The position numbers were made by a program, and so were the translations under genes. This document shows, piece after piece, positions 23,851 through 36,808 of a stretch of DNA of 64,000 bases (position 1 is its first letter; the number at the start of each line of letters is the position of its first letter). The stretch spans positions 186,001 through 250,000 of the forward strand of contig CP145416.1 in assembly GCA_036867785.1 (NCBI GenBank), read 5' to 3'. Below the pieces are notes generated by a model. That model was not told where the DNA came from. It saw only the letters and a program-made list of their open reading frames with translations, and ran no database searches. The stretch is from Plasmodiophora brassicae. Lineage: Eukaryota.

Positions 23851-24531
23851 CGCGATCCTTTTTGCCAGTCCAAACTTCTGCGGTCTGGTCGCGGTGTGCC
23901 GCTAGTCTCTGTCCGCAGCAGACCCCAACACGTCGTCGATCGAGGGGTATCACGATGACCTCCCCGTCTGCCGTGCTGCTTTCGCTATGACTTTATATGC
24001 AGCGACGGCGTTGCAGTCGACGCAGGCATGATCACGAGGGCGCAGACACGTTTAGATAGGTATGCAGGAGTTGAAAGATGGGCGGCTGTCGTCCAACCAG
24101 GCGCCGAGGTTGCACCTGCCTAGAGCAGGGGCGCCCCGTCAGCCGACAATTTCTACCGGGCACCCCTGCAGGAAATGGGTTCGCATACGCTCGTCATGTC
24201 CCGTATCAGCTTGTCCGTTCGGGCCTCGTCAGCCGCAACGGTATCGCACCGCTGCATGTAAAGTGCGAAGACCAACACGACGTGCGCACGGAGCTGATTC
24301 ACCTGCGTCCTCCTCCTCCTGCTTCTACTGTCGTCCGTCAGCACGTAGGTCGGGGTGGGACAATATTCGCACGCCCCACGTACCGTCATATGGGTCAATG
24401 TGCGCCTGACGAATCATCATGCCCTGGATCGTCCGCCGTTTGTGGGAATGGTCTGTTGCAAAAATCCGTCGAGGCGCCTGCACAGTACGAGACAGGACGT
24501 CTTGCTCCTCAAATTGCCGTGGGGGGTATGG

Positions 24532-24542
24532 CGTGAGTCACG
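24532..24542. promoter_or_regulatory. AP-1/GCN4-like site cgTGAGTCAcg upstream of HSF copy 4
   Basis: Palindromic CGTGAGTCACG about 85 bp before ATG 24626. Confidence 0.5.
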
Positions 24543-24625
24543 ACAGGCGTCCGGAAGAGTACAGGTAGGCATCGCTGCCCATTGCTGTTCTGCGAGCCCG
24601 CATCCGAAGCGCCTGGCGCCCCGAC

Positions 24626-25369
24626 ATGCCCGACAAGCCGACGTTCCTGCAGCGGACGTTCGAGATGCTCGAGTCCAAGGACGACGACGCGTGCCGCTGG
24701 CAGCCGGACGGCCTGTCGTTCGTCGTCGAGGACGTCGCCCGCCTCGAGCGCGAGTCGCTGCCCAAGTACTTCCGGCACGGGAACTTCCTCAGCTTCGTGC
24801 GCCAGCTCCACTTCTACGGTTTCTCGAAGCAGACCATCTCGGAAGGGCGCGCCCTGCTGTCGCACACGAACTTCCAGCGCGACCGCCCCGACCTGCTCGA
24901 CCGGATCGTGCGCCGCTCGTCCGACAAGGTCAGCAACCAGCGCAGCGTGATCGCGCGCATGAAGGCGCAGGTCGAGACGCTGCAGCAGAGGAACGCGGAG
25001 CTGTCCGCCGAATGCGACAACCTGCGAGGCATGATCCGCGAATTCCACGTCCGCGACGTCGCACCGTCCAGGAGGTCCTCAATTGTATCACTATCCACGT
25101 CGCCGCCCCGGCCCATGCAGGAATATCGATGCGATGGCGCAAGCATCGGTGCCGTCAAGGCGTCGTCGTCGGGCGGCCCCGCTAACAACCCGAACAAGGC
25201 ATTACTGAGGCCGATGCCGACCCTGCCGGGCCCGTTCCTGAAACGACGCCGCGTCGACCTGCTCGAAGGTACGGACGACGACGAGTTCAGCAGCATGGGG
25301 ACGTCCTCGGTCCGGATCACACCGTCGGAGACAACGGCGTTCCTGCCGGTCGGGTCCCGCCTTGTATAA
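24626..25369 (+). CDS. HSF-type transcription factor, copy 4 (closest paralog of copy 3)
   Basis: MPDKPTFLQRTFEML...LPKYFRHGNFLSFVRQLHFYGFSK. Shares the C-terminal PSE(P/T)TAF motif with copy 3. Confidence 0.88.
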   Translation: MPDKPTFLQRTFEMLESKDDDACRWQPDGLSFVVEDVARLERESLPKYFRHGNFLSFVRQLHFYGFSKQTISEGRALLSHTNFQRDRPDLLDRIVRRSSDKVSNQRSVIARMKAQVETLQQRNAELSAECDNLRGMIREFHVRDVAPSRRSSIVSLSTSPPRPMQEYRCDGASIGAVKASSSGGPANNPNKALLRPMPTLPGPFLKRRRVDLLEGTDDDEFSSMGTSSVRITPSETTAFLPVGSRLV

Positions 25370-25831
25370 ACCACACCCTTGCCACGATCAGCGACACGGG
25401 ACTTTATCGATCGCAACGAGCCCAGATTACGCACCGACAGAGCGAACGTGGGCACCCGCCCGTGCATATAGGTACGCCTGGGAAGCCACGCGGCCCCCCG
25501 ACTGACCATTACGAGCGCATACAGTATTATACGCGTACGTACTGCTGGGCGCGCAAGGAAACGACAATGAACCCCGACGCCCCAGCACCTCGACGCATGT
25601 GCCCCGAGCCGTCGCAGCTGGCGGCAGGGCCCTGCTGGATCGCCGTCCCGGCTCGACCATTCTTCAGACAGTGGCGGGGCGGCAATATGTGGCAAAATTG
25701 CGCCCTGTGCGCGGGCTGTATCGCGCGCGCCCCCAGTCACGAGCTGCACCGGGGGCCCCCCGCCCACTGCACCGTGCACAGTGCTGGGTGGCGGAGTGCG
25801 TGGCGGCGCGGGCGCCACAGGGAATGCCGCC

Positions 25832-28800
25832 ATGACGTCCGCCTACGCCAGCGTCCAGCAGTGGCATCATGCCAACGCCGTCCACCTCGCCTGCAAGGCC
25901 GACCTGTTCGACCAGCGCCCGTCGCTCGTTGTCGTACGGAGCAACGTCGTCGAGGTGTACGCCGTCGTCGACGACCGCCCGCTGCGCCTCCGCCACCGCC
26001 TCGTCCTGCAGGGCACGCCCGTCGACGTGAAACCGGCGCGGTTTCCCGGGTCGCAGCGCGACTCCCTGCTCCTCACGTTCATGGATGCGCTGCTGTCGCG
26101 CCTGGACTTCAACCCGGAGACGAACCGGTTCGAGACGACGGCCATGCACGCGTACGAGATGCCCAAGAGGAAGCTGGGCGGCGTCAACGACTTCCAGCCG
26201 CCGCTGCTGTGCGTGGATCCCCAGCAGCGATGCTCGGCGTACGTTGTCGCCTCCGACTCGATCATGATCTGGCCGTTCACCGACCGGGTCGAGTTCGGCG
26301 CCGTCCACGTCACGTCGGACGCGCCCAAAGGGTGGGTTGCCCGCAACGCTGTCGTCCGGCCACGCTCGTCAGTGCGCCTGATTCGTGGGCCGTGCTCGCA
26401 CACAGGGTCGTCTCGCAGCATGGCGTCGAGACGCGCGCGGGCCTCGTCGTCGACCTGTCCGAGTACGGCGTCGACCGCATCAAGGCGATCACGTTCCTGA
26501 ACGGGTTCCTGGAACCGTCCGTCCTCGTCCTGCACGATCCGGAACACACCTGGGGTACGCCGCGCCGCCTGCCGGTCCACTGATGGACCCGACCCTGACG
26601 CGCGTCCTGCCGTCCAGCCGGGCGGACCGCCGCCAAGCCCAGCACCTGCGTGCTGACGTCGATCTCCATCAGCCTGGACACGGGCAAGCACTGGCTGATC
26701 GCCAACGAGAAGGGCCTGCCGTACGACGCCGAGTCGCTGCTCGCGCTGCCCATGCCCGTCGGCGGGGCGCTCGTCTTCTCGTCCAACCTGGTGATGTACC
26801 ACAAGCAGAAGATGGAGGCGGCGCTGTCCGTCAACGAGTTCGGCGACCGGGTGACGACGCTGCGCGTGTCGCCGACGCAGCCGACCCACTGCGCCCCGTT
26901 CTGCATGGAGCGGGCGGCCGTGGCCGCCCTGGCGCCCGACGCGTTCGTCATCGGGACGCGCGCCGGCGACCTGCACCTGCTGACGCTGCAGACGCTGGGC
27001 GACTCGATCCGCAGCATGGACGTGACGCGCGTCACCCGGTCGCACATCGCCTCCTGCCTCTGCGCCCTGTCGCCATCGCTGCTGTTCATCGGGTCCAAGC
27101 TCGGCGACTCGCTGCTCGTCCGCTACGAGACCGTACGTTTCGTTCGCTCGTCGCCCGTCTGCACCGAACGCGCTGACTTGCCGGCAGACGACGGTCGAGG
27201 TCGACGTATCGTCCGGGGCGCCCGACGGCGACCGGCAGCCTGATCGAGGTCTGCTGCTGTTGTGCGCGCGTGTGCATGCCGCTCCTGTGCGATTTGTAAC
27301 CGGGGGCGCGGTTGGTCTCAGACGATGCCGCCATGGACATCCTGTTCCGCGAGACGCCCGGCGCCGACCGGCGCGTCGTGCCGACGTTGTCGGCGACGGT
27401 TCGCGATTCGCTGTTCTGTGTCGCGCCGCTGACCCGCATCCGCATGACGCAATCGGTCGGTAGGCGTCGCGGACGACGACGACGACGCTGGGCTAACGGT
27501 GCGGCAGGGGACGCCGGCGCGCGCCGAGATGGTCGCCTGCAGCGGCTACGATCGCACCGGGGCGCTCCTGGTCCTCGACGACTGCGTCCGCCCCACCCAG
27601 CTGGCGTCGTTCGACATCAAGCAGCCGGCCACGTTAGGCTTCGTGTCCTCGATGATGCGTCCCAGACCTGACGTTTCCTGCTCGCCCAGGGGCTGCTGGT
27701 CGCTGCTGGCGGACGACGACGCCCTGTACCCGACGTTCGTCGTCATTGGCCAGGAATCGCGGACGCTCGTGCGCCGCTCCACCGGCGACGAGTTGCTGAC
27801 CGTCGACCAGTCGGGCTTCTGCACCGAAGGTCCACGCCCGCGTCGCTCACCGCGTCCTCGCCCGCTTTGACACACCTACACCTGTAGAGGCGACCGTGGC
27901 CGCCGGGAACGTGGCCGGGCGGGAGCGGATCGTGCAAGTCCTGCGGCGATCCGTCCGCCTCCTACGAGCGGACACGACGGCGACACTGATCGCTGAGGTC
28001 GGCGTGCGCGTCCGCCTCTAGCTGTCGCCAGGGCGCGCTGACGCTCGCTCGTTGCAGATCGCGGTGGACGGCGTGGTCCAGTCGGCGCACGTCTGCGACC
28101 CGTTCGTCGCCCTGCTGCTGGACGACGGGTCGTTGCTGTTCGGGGACGCGGCGGCGCCGGCGCTGACGCTGGAGCGCGTCCCTCGCGACACGGCCCCGGT
28201 CGCCATTGCGCTCTACCGCGATCGTGGAACGTCCGGGCTGTTCTCGGCGCGCTCCATGGCCGACCCGCAGGCATCGGCGGGCGTTGAGGCGATGGGCGAC
28301 GACGGCGAGGACCTCGAGGCGCTCCTGTTCGGGTCCGGTGACGCGACGGCGACAACACCAACAACGGACGAGGCGGGGCCCGGCGCGACGCAGGGCGCCG
28401 CCGCCGCCGCCGTCCACATCCTGGCCTGCGTCTCGTCGACGGGGACGCTGGACCTGTACCGCCTGCCGGACGTGCACCTGCTGTTCCGGGCGCGGTCGCT
28501 GTGCCGGGGCGCCCAGCTGCTCTGCAACGAGGTCGGCGGCGCCGACGACGACGACGCGCCCGTCGCCGCCGCCGACGAGGAGCAGCAGCAGCGTGTCCGG
28601 TTCCTCCTGGTCGACACGCTCTGCGACGACGACCTGGCGCGCCCGGTCCTGATCGCCGCGCTGGCCAACGACGACATCCTGATCTACAACGCGTTCCCGT
28701 CGCCCGCCGGCCACGCCCCGGTACGTTGGCGAACGCGCCCGCGCCCGTCGTCACCGTGTGCTGACAAAGACGCGCGCACACGCACACAGGTGCCGCTGGC

Positions 28801-30621
28801 CTGGTCCCGGTTCGATCACGGGCGCCTGACGCGGCCGCTGATGGCGTCCGGCGTCGTGTCGACGGCGCCGTTCGCCGTCAAGTTCGACGCGATCGCCGGC
28901 CGGTCGGGCGTGTTCGTCGGCGGCGTGCGCCCCTGGTGGATCTTTGGCACGCGCGACTACGTGCAGACGTTCGCGGCGGCCGCCGAGGTGGGCGGCGGCC
29001 GCATCACGACGTTCGGCGCGTTCCGCAGCGCCGCCTGCCCGTCCGGCGCCTTCCTGTACGGCTGCGACAGCACGCTGCGCGTCTGCACGCTGCCCGACGG
29101 CGTCGCCTACGAGGGCGGCATGGCCGTCCGGCGCAAGCCGCTGCGCGCCACGCCCATCCTGCTGACGGTACGGCCGACGTGTGTGGCCAGCAGCTGGCTG
29201 ACTGACCGACCGACCGACGGTTGCCCAGTTCCACGTGGACTCGGGCATGGTGGCGCTGCTGACGCTGCGCAAGGCGCCGGTCTGGAGCGTCGAGGAGGTG
29301 ACGGCGCGGTCCGTGCCGGTGCAGGACAACCGGTGCGCGCTGCACCTGTGCCGCAACGGGTCGTTCGACATTGTCGACACGTTCGACGAGATGGAGCACG
29401 ACGGCGAGGAGACGATCCTGGCCGTCGAGGACGCGCCGCTGGCGGTCGGCGGCGCCGCCGACGGCAAGCGCATCCCGTTCCTGGCGGTCGGCACGGCCAA
29501 CGTCGAGAGCGAGGAGGTGCAGTGCCGCGGGCGGATCCTGCTGTTCCGCGTGCACGACACGACGCCGTCGGACGCGACCGGCGCGGGCATGCGCCTGAAC
29601 CTGGCGTTCGAGTCGAAGGAGATCGGGCCGATCTCGGCGATCGCCGCCGTCCAGGGCTGCCTCTGCGTCGCCGTCGGCCTGCGCGTCGTCATGTACCGCT
29701 GGGACGCCGACCGCCTCGTCGGCTGCGCCTTCTTCGACGCCGACTTCTACGCCGTGTCGCTGGCCGCCGCCAAGGGCTTCATCGTCCTCGCCGACGTCTA
29801 CAACTCGGCCTACCTGCTGTACTGGGAGCCCCGCCTCAAGCAGGTCATGCTGCTGGGCCGGGACCCGGTCTACACCGAGGTGTACGCCGCCGACTTCCTG
29901 ATCGACGGCGACGACCTGTCCGTGGTCGTCGCCGACGCCCACGGCAACCTGCGCCTGGTCGGGTACGCGCCCTACCGCCCCGACAGCCTCGGCGGGCGGC
30001 GCCTGCTGCGCCGCGCCGACATTCACCTAGGTCGGTGGGCCCGTTCATGACGCCGACCGTTGCTGGTCTGCTGACTGTGTGTGTGTGTGCGCCCGTTCGC
30101 GCACCCGTAGGCACCCGGGTGACGTCGTTCGTGCGCCTGCGCGGCCGCGACCTGTCCGGCATGACCGTGTCGAGGGGCGGGCGGTACCCGCTGGTGGGCG
30201 CCGGCATCGACGGATCCGTGTCATGCCTGGCGCCCGTCACCGAGACGCTGTACCGACGGTAGGAGGAGCGCGCGCCCTGTCCGTCCTGCTGTTGCTGCTG
30301 CCGAGTTCTGACACGCGCGCCGCTGTGTGTGTGTGCCGCAGGTTGTACTCGCTGACGACGCTGCTGACGTTCCAGGTGCGGCACCTGGGCGGCCTGAACC
30401 CGCGGCAGTACCGCGCGTGGAAGGCGGCCGGGCGCGGCGACATCCTGACGACGAACTGCGTCCGCAACGTCGTCGACATCGACTTCCTGCTGCGGTTCGC
30501 CGGCCTCGACTACGCCCTGCAGGGCCAGCTGGCGCAGAGCATCGGGACGACGCCGGACCAGATCGTGGACAACCTGCTCCAGCTGCAGCTGTCGTCGTCC
30601 ATGCAGCCGTACCTGGCCTAG
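25832..30621 (+). CDS. CPSF1: Cleavage and polyadenylation specificity factor subunit 1 (CPSF160/Cft1), multi-exon
   Basis: RDSLLLTFMDA, FLNGFLEPSVLVLH, LFIGSKLGDSLL, LAVGT...E...RGRI, GFIVLADVYNS, LLRRADIHLG, GLNPRQYR and LAQSIGT. Confidence 0.9.
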
Positions 30622-30702
30622 GGACGGGCCTACTCCTCACTGTACGACAACGACGACTACGATAGGGTGTTTGTACTGGTGTGCGTGTCGTGGACGTTCG
30701 CT

Positions 30703-32958
30703 TCAGAAGGCGCTGCGGCAGAGCGGGCAGGTGGCGCCCGTGGCCGACGAGGCGAACCACTTGTAGAGGCAGGCCGAGTGGAACCGGTGCTTGCAGACGC
30801 GGCAGGCGAGGCGCGGCACCTGGTCGGTGACGGCGTGGACGACGGCGTAGCAGATGGGGCAGTCGTCCAGGCCGGCGAAGTGCGCCTCGACGTTCCGGCG
30901 CCACTGCCGGACGGCGTCGCCCACCGACCCGTTGCGCGACGCCAGCACGGTCGCCACCGTCAGCGCCCAGCGCCGCACGCGGCCCGCGTCGACGCCGCGG
31001 TGGTCGCTCAGGTCGACGTCGGCGACGCGCAGCGGGTGCTCCGCCGCCAGACGGATCACCAGGCGCACGGCAACGTCGGCGTGCGGGCGCACGGTCGCCG
31101 CGATCTCGCCGGCGCGCGTGCACCGCACCACGAACCCGTCGCCGTCCTCCTGTGTCGTCGGCCCGGCACGGAGCGCGGCGACCTCGTCGGCGATCAGCGC
31201 GGGCGTGAACCGCCGCGCCGTCACGCGGCGGTACGCGTCGGCGGCGGCCCGGTCGCTGCAGGCGCTCCACCAGGCGCGCGCCACGACCGGCATCGCCTGC
31301 AGCGCCCGGTAGTAGCAGGCGGTGGCCAGGCCCGCGTACAGGCGCCGGCGCACGTGCCGGTGCCGGTGCACGTGCCGGCCAGGCAGGGCCGCGTTCGCCC
31401 CGACGTCGACGACGACGTCGGCCGCTGCGGGCCTCGGCGCCGACGACAGGATCTGCACCATGCATTCGTCGAGGAAGGCGGGTGCCGCGTCGCGCACCGC
31501 CGTCAGCAGGAGCAGCGAGCGGCGGCGCGCCCCGACCTGGTCCAGGACGGCGAGCCAGACCAGCAGGTAGCAGCGGACGTCGTCGTCGTGGTTGACGTCC
31601 GGGCGGCGCGTCAGGACGTCAACGAGTGCCGCCGGGATGAGGTTGTTGCTGTCGCGGGGCTCGTCGTCGTCGTCGGCGGCAACGGCGGCGGCCAGGCCCC
31701 CGATCGTGGCGGAGAAGACGGCGTGGGCAAGCCGGGCGATGGCGTCACCGGCGTCGTCGTCGTCGTCGACGGGCGCGTCGCCGCCGTGGCGCAGCAGGGC
31801 GACCAGGTTGTCGAGGAGCAGGGCGAGGCGGTCGGCGGGCAGCGACGTCGCGAACGGGTACGCGGTCAGGACGCCGGCCAGGCGGTCGACGGTGCCGGGC
31901 GCCAGGCGACGCAGGGCACCCGGCGCCAGCAGCGGCAGGCACAGGTCCAGGGCCGGGCGCACCAGCGGATCATCGTCGTCGACGACGTTGGGGCGGCGCA
32001 CGACGACGACCAGGCCGCCCAGCAGGTCCAGGGCGGCGTCGGTGCGCTCGTCGTCGTCGTCGTGGTCGGCGTCGTCGAGCGCATCGACGACCCAGGCGAG
32101 GGCGTCGGCGCGCTCCTCGCTGGACGGGGCCGGCGGCCAGACGGCGACGGCGGCGGCCGCCAGGCGCAGGCCCGCCGTCGTCGTCGTCGACGCCAGGCGC
32201 GCCGCCACCCGCCAGACGGCGTCGCGCGCCACCACGTCGCCCAGGTCGGGCAGGGCGCGCGCCAGGCACAGCGCCGACCGGTGATCGCTGTCGTCGTCGT
32301 CGTCGCCCTCGCTGTCGGCCAGCCAGCGCCGGGCGGCCTCGGCCAGTGGCGCGCCGGGCGTCACGAGGCGCATCGCGGGCACCAGCGCCGGCGTCGTCGC
32401 CGGCAGACGTGCCAGCAGGGACGCGCGCGCCGCCGACGACGACGACCGGGCCAGAGCGTCGGCCAACTGCTCCACGTCGTCGTCGCCGGCCGCCGCCGCC
32501 CACAGCCGGTCGACAACGTCGCGCGTCACCAGCGAGTCGTTGTCGTCGACGAGGCGGGCGGCGATGAGGCGGCGGGCGCGATGCCCGATGACCCGGAGGC
32601 GGGCCTCGAGCGCCCAGAGCGACGGGGCCAGCGCCCAGAGCAGCGGCATCATCCTGGGCGCCGCCCCCAGCAGGTCCAGGGCGTCGAGGCAGGCGTCGCG
32701 CGCCCCGACGGCCAGGTCGCGGCGCGCGATCGCGTCCAGGTCGGCGCCGGTCGGGAAGCAGGCCCGCGTCGTCGGCCAGGGCACGGCGCTGGCGACGACG
32801 TGCGCCCAGAACACGGGGTCGAACGACGACGACGCCGACGCCCCCAGCAGAGCGACCCGGCGCAGGTCGCCCGCCACGACGTCCAGCACGCGGGCGGGCA
32901 TCGACACGCCCCGGGCCCGCTGCGCCAGCGCGACGACGTGCGGCGCGGCAACGTCGCC

Positions 32959-32993
<35 letters not shown>

Positions 32994-35106
32994 GCTGGAC
33001 GACGTCGGCCAGGAATTGCAGCCAGAAGACGGACACGAGGACGTCGTCGTCGTCGTCCGGGGGGCGCTGCGGCGGGAGGAGGACGTCGAGGGCGACGGTG
33101 ACGCGCGCACAGGCCCGATCGGCGGCGTCGGGGTCGTCGGCGAACCGGGCGGGGAAGGCGAGGGCGCGGACGGACCCGGCCAGGTCGGCGACCAGGGCGG
33201 CCAGGCGGGCGCGGGCCGGGTCGCCCAGGCGCGCGAAGCACGCCGCGAACGACGGCAGGCGCGCCGCCGGCAGATCGTCGGCGACGAACGCGTCGAACAG
33301 CGCCTCGGTCAGGGCGACGCGCCCATCGTCGTCGTCCAGGCGGGCGTGCGCGGCAACGGCCAGCAGGGCGGCGACGTTCGCGCTGCGGCGGACGACGCCG
33401 ACCAGGTCGGAGGTGGGCGTCCGCGTCGTCCGGCAGACGACGCGGACGAGCGCGTCGGGCAGGTCGGCGTCCTGCAGGGCGCGGCGGAACTCGCCCTCGA
33501 CCTGGTCGCGCAGGTCGTCGTCGACGATGCTGTCGTCGACGAGCGCACCATCGCACAGGGCGATCGCGTCGCGATGCCCGCGGCGGTACGCGTCGAACGC
33601 GGCCCGGACGACGGCCCGGGTCGTGCGCGGCAGGGCGGCGCCGGCGACCAGGTCGGACAGGGCGCGCACGACGACGGCGCTCGGCGGCGGCGTCGTCTCG
33701 TCGAGGTGACGCGCGCAGACGCCCGCCAGGCGGTCGTCGAGGTCGGCCCGGTCGTGGAACAGGGCGCCCAGGCGCGCGAACGTCACCCGGGGCAGGACGT
33801 GATGGTGGGCGCCTGCCGACGACGACAGGCGCGCCAGCGCGTCCGACGTGCAGTCGAGCAGGTGGTGGGATGACGACGCGGACGGCACCTGGTGGAGGAC
33901 GTCGGCGTACGCGTCGAACAGGGCGGCGGCGGCGGCGGCGTCATTGGTGCCGGCGGCCAGGACGGGCGCGCCGGCCCACAGAGCGGAGAGGAGACGGGTG
34001 CGCGCGTCGTCGTCGTCGGCGAGGTGGGCGGCCAGCGCCGGGCACGCCCGGTACATGGCCGGGCTGTCGGCGGCGGCCGGCTGCGCCAGGCGATGCAGGA
34101 CGCGGTCGACGACGCCGGGCGACGTCAGGCGCGCCGGGTCCCGTTGCACCAGGGCGAGCAGCGCGGGCCACATGGCGCGCCGGGCGCCCGCGTCGGCCTC
34201 GTCGAGGAGCGCGTCGACGCGAACGGCCGCCGCCGGGTGCACGACCAGCAGGTCGTAGATCGCGCGACGGAGCGCCGGTCGGCCGCACCGGGCGAACCTG
34301 TCGACCAGCGCCCGACACAGGTCCGCCAGGTCGTCGTCGGCGTCGGCGGCGTCGTCGTCGGCGACGAACGAGGCGGCGGCGGCGATGACGCCCGCCATGA
34401 CGCGGTCGTAGCGGTCGTCGAGGTCGTCGCGCGTGTCGTGCGGGTCGCCGAGGCGGGCGGGCGACGACGCCGCCGTCTCGATCAGGGCGGTGGCGAACGC
34501 GACGAAATGCGGGCGCAGGAATCGGCGGGCGGCGGCGACCCGGTCGGGCGTCGGGAACGCGGCGGCGAACGACGCGGCGGCGGCCTGGGCGACGGACGCG
34601 ACCGGGTCGTGGATCGCGACCAGCCAGGGCCCGGCCAGCGTCGGCAGGGACGGGGCGATGTCCTTGCCGACGTTGGCGATCAGGGCGCGCAGGGCCTCGT
34701 GCTGGGCCAGGCGGACCATGCGCGAGTTGTCGAGCGTGAGGCGCGCGAACCGGCCGGCCCAGTCGGCGAGGAGCGCGCCGCGAAGGTCGCCGGGGGCGCG
34801 CGTCGCGAACAGGTCGCGCAGGTCGCCCAGCGCCTTGACCCGCGTGATCGGGTCACGCTTCGACAGCAGGCGGGCGCACCGCGCGTACTCGCCGTCGTCC
34901 GCGTAGATGGGCGCGGCGGCGAAGATGGACGTCGGCGGCGCCGCCGTGCGGAACGCGGCCAGGCCGGTCGCCGCCGGGACGTCGCCGGCGGCCCGGGCGC
35001 TGCTGGCCCCGGTCAACTTGGCCATGCGGTTGCCCGCGTTGCGCTTCCTGGACTCCTTGACGGCCGCCGAGCGCTTGCCGCCGCCAGTACTGCCGGCGCG
35101 CTTCAT
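30703..35106 (-). CDS. LTN1: Listerin E3 ubiquitin ligase (ribosome quality control), intronless
   Basis: N-terminal ASSARAA and LSKRDPITRVKAL. C-terminal RING FAGLDDCPICYAVVH...CRVCKHRFHSACLYKWF...CPLCR. ATG at 35106. Confidence 0.9.
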
Positions 35107-35490
35107 GATGGACGCCGCCGCGGGATCGCGCGAACTGCAGTCGGGCCGCGGGCCGCGCGCCCACTCCGCCGCCCGCCACTGCGGCGTGACATGGCGTGAC
35201 GGGTGCCTCGGCGCGGTCCTCCGCCTAGCGGGCGGAGTCGGCGCTGCCTCCGCCTGTGCTCGCCAATACGACCCAGCATGGGTGCGGTACCCATGTCGGC
35301 GAAGATATACGGGCGCGGCCCATTCGAGAACGTGCACCCCCCGGCGCGTCAGCGGTTCTGGAACGTGCGTCGCAACGTGGTCTGCAGTCCCGCGGTTCTG
35401 TGACGAACCTTCGCAGGGGGTGGAGGAGATGCCGGAAATACTACGTACCTTGTCTCCGACGGTGTAGGTAGTACACAGCGCGCGCCGACG

Positions 35491-36600
35491 ATGGCGCAGG
35501 GGACGGCCACGCCGGCCGTTGTCGTCGTGCCGGCGGATTTGGGGGCCGGCGACCCGGTGCCGGACGACCTGGCCGACCAGCTTCGCGCCGTGGCCACCGC
35601 CCTGGTCGACGAATGGAGGGCGCGTCCGCCGGCGGCGTTGCGGGCGACGTGCGTCGAGGGCGGCATCACGAACAAGCTGTTCCGACTGCAGGACGCGTCG
35701 TCGCCGGCGGGCACGTGCGTTGTCGTCCGCGTCAACGGCCTTGAGACGGAGCGGGTCGTCGCGCGGGATCGCGAACGCGACGCCAGCGCCCTGCTGCCCG
35801 CGTACGGGTTCGGCAAGCGCGTCTACGGCGAGTTCGGCAACGGGCGCGTCGAGGAATGGCTGTCGGGCCGCGCCCTGCAATGCCAGGAGCTCGCCCGCGA
35901 CGACGTCATGGCGGATGTCGCGCGCCGCATGGCCGCCCTGCACCGCGTCCAGATCCGGTCGCCGCGGTTCGACCCGCACCGGGCGACGATCTGGGACACC
36001 GTCGACCGGTACATGGACGAGGCCGACCGCGACACGTTCGACGATGCCACCCTCGGTCGCCTCGATCGGGTCGCCTGGCGCAACGCCGGCCAGCGCCTGC
36101 GGCACCTGCTGACCCAGACGTCGCCGGTCGTCCTGGCGCACAACGACCTGCTGGCCGGCAACATCATCCTGGACGAGTCGCCGGGCGCCCGGCACCGCAT
36201 CCAGTTCATCGACTTTGAGTACGCCGCCTACAACAGCAGGGCGTTCGACATCGCCAACCACTGGTGCGAGTTCGCCGGGTTCGACTGCGACTGGGGCAAG
36301 TTCCCGGGCCCCGCCCAGCAGGCGCGCTTCGCCCGGTACTACCTGGGCGACGGCGCCACCGACGACGACGTCCGGGCGCTGGTCGACGAGGTGCGCCCGT
36401 GGCCGCTCGTCAGCCACCTGGTGTGGGCCTTCTGGGGCATCGTCCAGGCGCGCGTCTCCGCCATTGACTTTGACTTCATCGGGTACGCCCGGCAGCGGTT
36501 CCAGGGGTTCCACCACTACCTGCGGACGGCGGTGCCGCACCTGGCCCCTGCGCTGCTCGACGACGTCGACGGCGACGGCCTGGCACAGCCCGCCTTGTAG
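35491..36600 (+). CDS. Ethanolamine/choline kinase
   Basis: GGITNKL, Brenner motif HNDLLAGNI and IDFEYAAYNSRAFDIANHWCEFAG. Confidence 0.92.
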   Translation: MAQGTATPAVVVVPADLGAGDPVPDDLADQLRAVATALVDEWRARPPAALRATCVEGGITNKLFRLQDASSPAGTCVVVRVNGLETERVVARDRERDASALLPAYGFGKRVYGEFGNGRVEEWLSGRALQCQELARDDVMADVARRMAALHRVQIRSPRFDPHRATIWDTVDRYMDEADRDTFDDATLGRLDRVAWRNAGQRLRHLLTQTSPVVLAHNDLLAGNIILDESPGARHRIQFIDFEYAAYNSRAFDIANHWCEFAGFDCDWGKFPGPAQQARFARYYLGDGATDDDVRALVDEVRPWPLVSHLVWAFWGIVQARVSAIDFDFIGYARQRFQGFHHYLRTAVPHLAPALLDDVDGDGLAQPAL

Positions 36601-36808
36601 CGCAGCCGGTAGGCACACACACACACACGCCATCTCCATAAATCTGCCGTCTTCTCGCAGGCGTAACCGGGCAACGCGCGCCCGGGTGGAACATTCGCCA
36701 GTACATGCGCTGCAGAGCCAGCTGTATATTTGGTTTCGCGGGCGGCGAACGACGGACGTGTCGGCGCCGCCGCGTTTAGAATTTGGCCACCATTGCTGGT
36801 GTCGCGCC

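Noticed and set aside
30667-33873. 1068-aa + strand ORF and other long ORFs antisense to LTN1 and CPSF1
   Set aside because: Shadow ORFs caused by extreme GC and GAC/GCC codon bias; low-complexity translations with no domains.
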